In this document: positions 56,785 to 64,000 of the stretch, one piece after another
How the letters are laid out: each line of letters starts with the position of its first letter
How positions within the stretch are numbered: the first letter of the stretch is position 1
The notes under the pieces: model-generated
The model's database searches: none
What the model saw: the letters and a program-made list of their open reading frames with translations, nothing else
What the model was told of the DNA's origin: nothing
Virus record (IMG/VR): IMGVR_UViG_3300033182_000674
Coordinates: 62,001 to 126,000 of that record
Length of the DNA: 64,000 bases
Direction: 5' to 3' (one strand)
Translations under genes and position numbers: made by a program

Positions 56785-57709
56785 TATTAGCCATAATTTC
56801 AGTCATACATGCAACTACATTCAATTCATGGTCTGCAACAAAAGCATTCTTATATTGGTAATCAGCAAGAATCAAAACCAGTTGAGGAATTGATTGTGGC
56901 TTAACATAATCATTCATACGATCATAGATACCTCTAAAGATTGCAGATGCATCAGTATCAATATTATTAACAACCCACTTACGCATCATCTTAAAGTTTT
57001 TATCTTTTAGATGCTTGAGTAGTTCATCATAAGATTGTTCACCAATATTAACAAGAATACCAGTATCTATTTTACCACTAATTGCATAGCGTTGACACTC
57101 ATTTAATACACGGCGCCAATCTGGTGCAAACTTCATAATAAGTTCAGCAAGAGTCTTATCATCATGTTCAACCTGTTCAGCATCAAGGATAACCTTTAGA
57201 CGCTTCATAAATTGACCAGATAATCCAGCTAGAGTTTTCTTATCTGAATTAAACTCATATACAGAACAACGAGAATGTAATGGTTCAATAATACGATTCT
57301 TAAAGTTACATGTTAGAATAAAACGACAATTGTTTGAGAATTCTTCAATGAAACCACGAAGTGCTGGTTGAGTTGATTGCGCATTAAGATAATCTGCCTC
57401 ATCGAGGATGACTACTTTATAACCACCTTGTAATGAAACGGTGGATGCAAACTGTTTGATCTTAGTACGTAATGTATCAATGTTACCTTCTTCAGATCCA
57501 TTGATTAACATATAGTCAAGATCTAGCTCATTACATAGAGCTTTGGCAACTGTCGTTTTGCCAAGTCCAGCGGATCCCGAAAAAAGCATATTCGGAATCT
57601 CACCAGACTCAACAATCTTTCGAAAGACCGCTTTTAATTTTTCATCAAGGATAGTGTCGTTAATAGTCTGAGGGCGATATTTTTCAACCCACAAGAAATT
57701 ATTTTTCAT
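56771..57709 (-). CDS. 44: Clamp loader large subunit gp44
   Basis: LWVEKYRP, G.GKTT, DEAD, SRC. Confidence 0.96.
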   Translation of the reverse strand: MKNNFLWVEKYRPQTINDTILDEKLKAVFRKIVESGEIPNMLFSGSAGLGKTTVAKALCNELDLDYMLINGSEEGNIDTLRTKIKQFASTVSLQGGYKVVILDEADYLNAQSTQPALRGFIEEFSNNCRFILTCNFKNRIIEPLHSRCSVYEFNSDKKTLAGLSGQFMKRLKVILDAEQVEHDDKTLAELIMKFAPDWRRVLNECQRYAISGKIDTGILVNIGEQSYDELLKHLKDKNFKMMRKWVVNNIDTDASAIFRGIYDRMNDYVKPQSIPQLVLILADYQYKNAFVADHELNVVACMTEIMANIEWN

Positions 57710-57736
57710 AATGTAGTGTTATCCTTTAATGATAAA

Positions 57737-57940
57737 TTATTCAGAAGCTTGTTCTTGTTTGAATGCTTCTACAAGTTGTACACCTTGAGTGCACTGATCA
57801 CGCAATTGACCGATAGTAGATAGTTCTTCACCACGGAATCCACCGCGTTGAGTAACCGTATCAATCACTGCGATTGCAGATCGAGCAACCTGATTGAGTA
57901 CGTCATAAGCACGTTGGTGCTGAGCATTATCATCTGGCAT
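57737..57940 (-). CDS. Small conserved hypothetical protein
   Basis: ID...QRG.F.GEEL..IG.LR motif; start reassigned to 57940 (GGAG RBS). Confidence 0.65.
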   Translation of the reverse strand: MPDDNAQHQRAYDVLNQVARSAIAVIDTVTQRGGFRGEELSTIGQLRDQCTQGVQLVEAFKQEQASE

Positions 57941-57942
57941 AA

Positions 57943-58629
57943 TTATTCTCCATATGTTGAATTTTTCTCTAGAGCGATCCAATACTTCAATCCGTTTTCT
58001 TTGTTCTTGAATTCAGAAATAAGCTTGGAAGAAATACTAACTTGATAATCACCTGAAAGGATCTTTAAGTTAGGAATGTTAAATACGAAATTGTATTTAT
58101 CGATTTTAGAAGAGCCTTCGACATCAATTGTGAATGTGTTCGCTGTGCTATTACCTTTAGTAGTTACAACAAGTGTTACACTATTGGAGTCACCGGTGAC
58201 ACAGAGTTCACTATGTCCCAATGCGCCTGCAGCTCTCTTGATACGCGATAACGTATCATTATCTAAAGTAAAGGTAACATCAGGTTCTGGCATGTTTACA
58301 TCTTTTGCGGGAGCTGTAAGCATTTCAATATCTGAAAAGAAATATTTTACTTTAGATCGTCCAGTTGAATCACCAATAGTCACAGAGTTTTCATCAAACT
58401 TTAGACGTGGTGTGTCAACAAGATTTAGTACACCCAAGAATTCGGTAAGATCATAGATACCAAAAGCTTGAGGGAATTGTTCGGGTACTTCAACTTTAGC
58501 TAATACATTCTTAGCTTCAGCGATTGTTTGAAGAACATTACCTTGTCCAACAACTAAGTTAGCATTAATGCCAGCAAAGTTCTTCAAAATATTAATGGTA
58601 GATTCACTTAGTTCCATGATAAGCTCCAA
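57943..58629 (-). CDS. 45: Sliding clamp gp45
   Basis: LS..T...LKNFA.IN, F.IYDL.EFL, YWIALE; promoter at 58649-58677. Confidence 0.93.
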   Translation of the reverse strand: MELIMELSESTINILKNFAGINANLVVGQGNVLQTIAEAKNVLAKVEVPEQFPQAFGIYDLTEFLGVLNLVDTPRLKFDENSVTIGDSTGRSKVKYFFSDIEMLTAPAKDVNMPEPDVTFTLDNDTLSRIKRAAGALGHSELCVTGDSNSVTLVVTTKGNSTANTFTIDVEGSSKIDKYNFVFNIPNLKILSGDYQVSISSKLISEFKNKENGLKYWIALEKNSTYGE

Positions 58630-58664
58630 TTGTGTTTGTGTAGAATATATTATAACATGTTTGT

Positions 58665-60392
58665 TTAGGATTGTACATACTCTTGTTTCATTTTACTGAA
58701 ATTTTTATCCTTATAAAATTCAATCTTAGATAAGAATTTGTTCTCTAAGATATCACCTTTATGAGATATTACAAATGTGTTTGTATTATCATCTAGAGTA
58801 GATAGAATCTTGATTAGATTCTCAACTCCATCATGATCCAAAGAAGAATCAAATGTTTCGTCAAGGATAAGAAGATTAGTAGCAACCGAATTCTTCATCT
58901 TAGCAATCTGACGCCAAGTAAAGAGAAGAGATAAGTCGATCCTTTGCTTCTCACCTTCAGAAAATGAATCATAACTAAATGCATCACGATGTCTTGAACG
59001 AATAGTTTCAGTAAAGCTTTCATCAAGATCAAAATGAACAAAGAAGTCTAAGACTTGCAAATATGAATTCACGAGTTTATTTATAACAGGAAGATACTGT
59101 TTTATGACTTTTGTTTTGATACCAGTATCTTTTAACATTTCAGCCATTGCATTCTTATAAGCTAATTCATCAGACAAAGTTAACTTTCTTTCTAATAGAT
59201 CATCTTTGTCTTGAATCATCTTAGATAATTCTTCTTTAGCTTCATTTAAATCAGCTACAGCAGAACCAGCAATATCTTCTTCAAGAGTTATAATATGATT
59301 TTGTAATCGAGTAATCGCTTGGTTATTAATATGAATTTGACTTTGTTTTGATTTAATAACACCCAAATCAGAATCAATCATACTAATTTCGTTTTCAATT
59401 ATTGTAGTTTCTTCAGAAGCTTTATCCATAGCAGCTTTAAGTTCTTTAGCTCTGGTCTTTGCATCTTCCATTTTACTACTACGAAGAACATCATCTATAG
59501 ATTGATCACATGTTGGACATGTTTCATTCTCTGAATAGAATTTAGCATCCTTTGCTACAGCAGACATTTGCGATTTAAATTGACCACTGAATTGTACTAA
59601 TGATTGTTTCTTAGTTTGGAATGAAGCTAGCTTCTGATGTAATGGTTCATAATGTTCATCAACCATACTTGAAAGATCAATATTATGTTCTTGAAGCGCT
59701 TCAATCTCTTCACGATCATTTTCAATATTCTTTTTCTTATTATTAATATTAGTTTCAGTTAAATCATTAACATCTTTAATATATTTGTTTTGAGTATCGA
59801 TTTTATTCTTTACTATATCTAAAGAATATGATGTATCATTAATCTTATCTTTAAGATCACTAATCTTTTCTTTTAAAAGAACATTCATCTTCGAAAAGAT
59901 ATTAATATCCAATAGATCTTCAATAACATCTCTACGATGTTGTGCAGGTAACTGCATAAAAGGAATAAATGAAGATGAACCAAGTACTACAACTTGGTGA
60001 AAAGATTTATGATTTAACTTAAGAATATTTTGTTCTAATAACTTTTGATATTCTTTAGTATGAGATTCTTGATTAAAGAGTTTACCATTCTTATAGATTT
60101 CAAAGATACCAGGTTTAATACCACGTTTTACTTTAAATTCAGAACTACCAACTCTAAATTCAACTTCAACAATACAATCTTTATTATTGATAGTGTTAAC
60201 AAGTTGTGGCTTATTAATACTACGATGTGGTTTACCAAACAAAGCAAACGAAATAGCATCAAGTAAAGTCGATTTACCTGCACCATTTTGACCTACAATA
60301 AGAGTAGATCTAGAATCATTTAGCTTTATTTCAGTAAAAGAATTACCGGTGGAAAGAAAGTTTTTCCACCTAATCTTTGTAAATTCAATCAT
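58665..60392 (-). CDS. 46: Recombination ATPase gp46 (Rad50/SbcC-like)
   Basis: G.NGAGKST, CPTC zinc hook, FSEGEK signature, LILDE. Confidence 0.96.
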   Translation of the reverse strand: MIEFTKIRWKNFLSTGNSFTEIKLNDSRSTLIVGQNGAGKSTLLDAISFALFGKPHRSINKPQLVNTINNKDCIVEVEFRVGSSEFKVKRGIKPGIFEIYKNGKLFNQESHTKEYQKLLEQNILKLNHKSFHQVVVLGSSSFIPFMQLPAQHRRDVIEDLLDINIFSKMNVLLKEKISDLKDKINDTSYSLDIVKNKIDTQNKYIKDVNDLTETNINNKKKNIENDREEIEALQEHNIDLSSMVDEHYEPLHQKLASFQTKKQSLVQFSGQFKSQMSAVAKDAKFYSENETCPTCDQSIDDVLRSSKMEDAKTRAKELKAAMDKASEETTIIENEISMIDSDLGVIKSKQSQIHINNQAITRLQNHIITLEEDIAGSAVADLNEAKEELSKMIQDKDDLLERKLTLSDELAYKNAMAEMLKDTGIKTKVIKQYLPVINKLVNSYLQVLDFFVHFDLDESFTETIRSRHRDAFSYDSFSEGEKQRIDLSLLFTWRQIAKMKNSVATNLLILDETFDSSLDHDGVENLIKILSTLDDNTNTFVISHKGDILENKFLSKIEFYKDKNFSKMKQEYVQS

Positions 60393-60395
60393 TAT

Positions 60396-61457
60396 TTATG
60401 CTACCTCGAGAGCCTGAGCTTCCGTCAATAGATTTCGCATATTTACTTTAATACGATCTTTATCTAATTCAGTGTCGACACTTTCAACATAACTATCAAG
60501 AAGACTTGATGTATCTTCTACCGAAATAGATTCATCATCAATATTACCACCAACAAACTCGTCAAAAGTTTCAGCAATCTTCAGTTCGTGAATCTTACGG
60601 CTTTGAATTCTATCAACGAATCGATCAAAGGTAAATGGATCTTTCTTGTTAACTACAACGATCTTAACAAACTTATCGTCAAGATGGTCAACTTCTATAG
60701 TATTATAATCCATATTTGTGTCGTCGTACACTATTTTTTCAAATAAAGTGTAAGGATTATTTACAGCTGTCAATTCACGTGTTTCTGTGTCCAATACATG
60801 GAAGGCTTTGGGATCATTTGCATCAGACCAGAAAAATTCCATTTGACTACCAAGATAGATGATATTATCTTTCTCTGATTTAGTATGGAAATGACCAGAT
60901 AAAACCATCTCGAAACGATTAAATAATTTGTGATCCATACCATGTTTATTGGTAATACCTTTCATTAAATCAAAACCGCTTAGTTCAAGGTGAGCACCAA
61001 GAATATCAGCACGACAATTACGAATAAAGCTCATAGAGTCTTCATAATTTTCTGGATTGATCCAAGGAAGTAATGCCATACGTAAAGAACCATATTCCAT
61101 AACAGTAGGTTCCATAACAATATGGATCTCATTCATATAATGACCAAGTAATTCTTTTAGAGAATTTAATTCATTTGTATTCTTATAGTAAGTATCATGA
61201 TTGCCCGGAATAATATCCATAGCAATACCATACTCACGTAGCTTATCCAAAAATATTTTACGATTATGGTTTAGCGCTTTAAAATTTACAAACTTACGAT
61301 GATCATAATAATCGCCAAGATGCACAATTTGCTTAATATCATTTTCTAGTAAGTATGGAAAAAATACTTTACTATAAAAATTATCAGCGTGCTTCAAAAA
61401 TACATCAGAGCTATTTCTGATACCACAATGTGTATCATTCAATAATGCTATTTTCAT
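60396..61457 (-). CDS. 47: Recombination nuclease gp47 (Mre11/SbcD-like)
   Basis: DTH.G, LGD, GNHD, HLE, SGHFH. Confidence 0.96.
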   Translation of the reverse strand: MKIALLNDTHCGIRNSSDVFLKHADNFYSKVFFPYLLENDIKQIVHLGDYYDHRKFVNFKALNHNRKIFLDKLREYGIAMDIIPGNHDTYYKNTNELNSLKELLGHYMNEIHIVMEPTVMEYGSLRMALLPWINPENYEDSMSFIRNCRADILGAHLELSGFDLMKGITNKHGMDHKLFNRFEMVLSGHFHTKSEKDNIIYLGSQMEFFWSDANDPKAFHVLDTETRELTAVNNPYTLFEKIVYDDTNMDYNTIEVDHLDDKFVKIVVVNKKDPFTFDRFVDRIQSRKIHELKIAETFDEFVGGNIDDESISVEDTSSLLDSYVESVDTELDKDRIKVNMRNLLTEAQALEVA

Positions 61458-62078
61458 TTAGTCTTCCATCATAAACTCTGAAAGATCTGAATCAACAGAT
61501 TTCTTTCTTTTCTTACGAGTATTTAGATTATTGTCTTTTGCAAACTGTTTAATCTCATTATCGTAAGTTTTAACTTTATCAATTCTTTCTCTTAGATTAT
61601 CAACAAAGTGATTAGCATAAGTTTGTGCTACTTCATTATCTTCACCTTCAACTAAGAATTGATCATAAGAAGCCTGAGCCATATATCTTTCTTTGATTTC
61701 TTGTTGCTTCTTTTCTTTTGTAATACGACGCAAGAATGCATACCAGATTATCTGGGTAAAATAAGCAAACGCATTAGGTTTACCAGTTCTTGTTGTAGCA
61801 TTAACGTTATAGTTTTCAATCGCTTTTAAACAATTTTCTACTGCATCCATTACCATTTCTTCACGATACGTATATCTGATAAAGTTTGCTTTATGAGATA
61901 AATTCTCTGCAATCTTTAGAAATGACTCTGCAATGTAATTAGGAATAATAGGTGCTTTATTACCTTTATCTTTCTCTTTTTTTGCTTCATTAACATAGTC
62001 AACTACTGCTTGAGAAAATTCCTTATTATTAACGTAATGTACAGGTTGAGTTTTTGTCTTTGCCATCAAAGCCTCCAC
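61458..62078 (-). CDS. 55: Late-transcription sigma factor gp55
   Basis: HYVNNK.F, NF..Y.Y.EEM..D..E, NAFAYFTQI...AF..RI.KEK; acidic-hydrophobic C-terminal clamp-binding tail; promoter at 62102-62130. Confidence 0.93.
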   Translation of the reverse strand: MEALMAKTKTQPVHYVNNKEFSQAVVDYVNEAKKEKDKGNKAPIIPNYIAESFLKIAENLSHKANFIRYTYREEMVMDAVENCLKAIENYNVNATTRTGKPNAFAYFTQIIWYAFLRRITKEKKQQEIKERYMAQASYDQFLVEGEDNEVAQTYANHFVDNLRERIDKVKTYDNEIKQFAKDNNLNTRKKRKKSVDSDLSEFMMED

Positions 62079-62162
62079 ATTATTACTCTAATAATAGTTA
62101 TATTATAAACTATTTTGGAGTAAAAGTACATAAAAAAATTTATTAATTAATTAAAAAAACTG

Positions 62163-62191
62163 TGTACAAATCTTAAAAAGTATGATATAAT
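62163..62191 (+). promoter_or_regulatory. Plus-strand (antisense) sigma70-like promoter
   Basis: TGTACA-17 bp-TATAAT on the + strand, back to back with the gp55 promoter. Confidence 0.65.
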
Positions 62192-62226
62192 ATTTTAGTT
62201 CCCGGCGGGGAGGGTAGTATATAAGA

Positions 62227-62625
62227 TTAGTGTACTACAGTTTCACCATCATTGAATACATTAACAAAAGAAGAATCAGCCTGAGTGTCAAAGTATTCAT
62301 CTAAAGTTTCACTATCTTCTTCTAATTCACCATCTGCTTCAATATAAGTCTTTACTGTCTCTAAGTAACTCTCAGCAAATTCATAATCAGGTAGAGCCAT
62401 TGCGACTACTTGGCTACCATTAACAACAATGGGTCGTTGTTCTTTATTAATTTGATATACCATATAAGGTCTAAACAAATAAACAGTTTGATTGCGTGCT
62501 ATATCATCTACTCTTTCAATACGCAACGGATTCCTAACAACAAAATCGCCAGTATCTGTTTGATTATCTACGATTTCTACCATTAGCTCACTTCCGTCTG
62601 TGAGTCTTATTTGTTTAATATTCAT
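62227..62625 (-). CDS. Conserved hypothetical protein between uvsW and gp55 (Sm-like fold possible)
   Basis: I.L..G.E....I...........NP pattern; synteny. Confidence 0.6.
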   Translation of the reverse strand: MNIKQIRLTDGSELMVEIVDNQTDTGDFVVRNPLRIERVDDIARNQTVYLFRPYMVYQINKEQRPIVVNGSQVVAMALPDYEFAESYLETVKTYIEADGELEEDSETLDEYFDTQADSSFVNVFNDGETVVH

Positions 62626-62626
62626 A

Positions 62627-64000
62627 TTATAGATCTACCTTATATAGTTTAGATTTGAAGTTCTCTTTATTATATATCTTGACTCTTTCTTCACCATGTT
62701 TTAAACAATAATTCTTCTTTGATTTATGTTGAAGATCGTCGATAAGATCATATAATATAGTAGTTTCACCGTTTTCAGATTTACGTAACCCACGACCAAT
62801 TGATTGCAATACTCTAATTTGTGATTTAGATGGTGAAGCAAATACAATATTATGTAGGTTCCTAATATTTATACCTGTACTAAATGTGCCAAAACTCGCT
62901 ACAATAATAGCATCTTTCTGTGACTCAGTGATTTTACGTATAGCTTCTCTATCTGTAGCATCTGTTTGGCCAGATACAAAAAATACTTTTCTCTTTTCAT
63001 GCGCTTTATCTGTAATCATATCAAATAAAGGTTTACCGTGTTTCTCTACATATTGGAATAGAACTAGTGTATTACCTTTTTGATCTAATGCTAAGTTAGT
63101 AATAAACTTATTTCGTTTATCGTGTTTTACAATAAAATCAATTTCTTTTTGATAAGTATTACCTGCGCATGCTTTACAAGTCTCATCATCATATTTTAAA
63201 TTAAGTAACTTAATATCTAAGTCAGCAAGAGTATCTTTATCTTGAAGATCTTTAGTTGTAGTAACTTTCATTGTTTTACCAAATAATCCTTCAAGAACTA
63301 ATTGGTGAGTTTGAGTTCCATCTAATGTACCAGTTGTACCAAATCTATAAGCTACATCTCTAGATTTATTCATAATAGATGACAATGATTTAGATTTAAA
63401 TCCGTGACACTCATCTCCAAATATGACACCAAATTGATCAAACCATGTCATAGGTAATTTGTAAATAGATTGCCATGTACTAATAAAGACTCTTTCACTA
63501 ATATTTGTTTTTGGCTGTCCTGAATAGATAACGTGACAATCTTCTTCAGCATTAAATGATGGATCATTATCAGAATAGTCAGCAAAATCAGAATACATCT
63601 GTTGCACAAGAGAAGTTGTTGGTACAATTACAAGAGCTTTGTTATCGTGATTTTCTAAGTACCATCTTAATAACACATATATGATAAGAGATTTACCAGA
63701 ACCTGTTGGTGATAGTAATATTACACGCTTTCTTCTAATACTTTCACATATAGCGTTAAACTGATAATCTCTAACTTGAATTTTTTCACCATGACTCTTA
63801 AGTTCTAAACTATCAATAAAGGTCATAATTTCGTTAGGATCTACTTCATTATAATTTTCTGGTGGACCATAAGGACCATCAACAAACTCTACTTCATAAT
63901 GTCTCTTAGCTGCAAAGTTTGTAACATATGGTAATAAGCCTACTGGTAATTCTTGTGCTTGTTGATTATATAAGTAGACTTTTCCATCCCATACTTTATT
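62627..64000 (-). CDS. uvsW: UvsW SF2 helicase (5' end outside the window)
   Basis: Frame is open to the window edge (NKVWDGKVYL); R.YQ, SPTGSGKS, DECH, QSIGRGLR. Confidence 0.95.
   Translation of the reverse strand, partial: NKVWDGKVYLYNQQAQELPVGLLPYVTNFAAKRHYEVEFVDGPYGPPENYNEVDPNEIMTFIDSLELKSHGEKIQVRDYQFNAICESIRRKRVILLSPTGSGKSLIIYVLLRWYLENHDNKALVIVPTTSLVQQMYSDFADYSDNDPSFNAEEDCHVIYSGQPKTNISERVFISTWQSIYKLPMTWFDQFGVIFGDECHGFKSKSLSSIMNKSRDVAYRFGTTGTLDGTQTHQLVLEGLFGKTMKVTTTKDLQDKDTLADLDIKLLNLKYDDETCKACAGNTYQKEIDFIVKHDKRNKFITNLALDQKGNTLVLFQYVEKHGKPLFDMITDKAHEKRKVFFVSGQTDATDREAIRKITESQKDAIIVASFGTFSTGINIRNLHNIVFASPSKSQIRVLQSIGRGLRKSENGETTILYDLIDDLQHKSKKNYCLKHGEERVKIYNKENFKSKLYKVDL

Noticed and set aside
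912-63083. All plus-strand ORFs in the track
   Set aside because: Short, antisense to well-supported minus-strand genes and lacking recognisable motifs

Overview
This is a 64 kb, AT-rich segment of a T4-like (myovirus) phage genome. Essentially all real genes are on the minus strand. From the right end it holds: (i) the T4 replication/transcription core (uvsW partial, gp55, gp47, gp46, gp45, gp44, dexA-like, gp62, regA, hsp20, gp43, an AEP-type primase); (ii) a ~10.7 kb DNA-modification island between gp43 and uvsX (41207-51937), with a T4 gp42-type dCMP hydroxymethylase, a beta-glucosyltransferase-like protein, GalE, UDP-galactopyranose mutase, a C5-methyltransferase-like protein, GcvH, nucleotide pyrophosphatases and an EndoII-like nuclease, which suggests furanose-glycosylated hydroxymethylcytosine DNA; (iii) uvsX, gp41 and thyX; (iv) an unannotated circularly permuted two-piece tmRNA gene with tag ANDDVYGGYALAA, plus an early-gene cassette; (v) late genes for probable capsid-packaged internal proteins, including an RNA-ligase-like protein, an HxGH nucleotidyltransferase and putative protease-processed polyproteins; (vi) an array of modular tail/adhesin paralogs with swapped C-terminal lectin-like domains; (vii) nrdA, thioredoxin, nrdB, RNase H and a DenV-like glycosylase. 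Other non-coding signals are a ROSE-like thermometer before hsp20, a ~95 nt orphan structured RNA, a consistent set of sigma70-like and gp55 late promoters, IHF-consensus sites and one antisense promoter. The permuted tmRNA and ROSE element point to an alphaproteobacterial host (inference). All family assignments come from recognising motifs by eye; no database searches were run.
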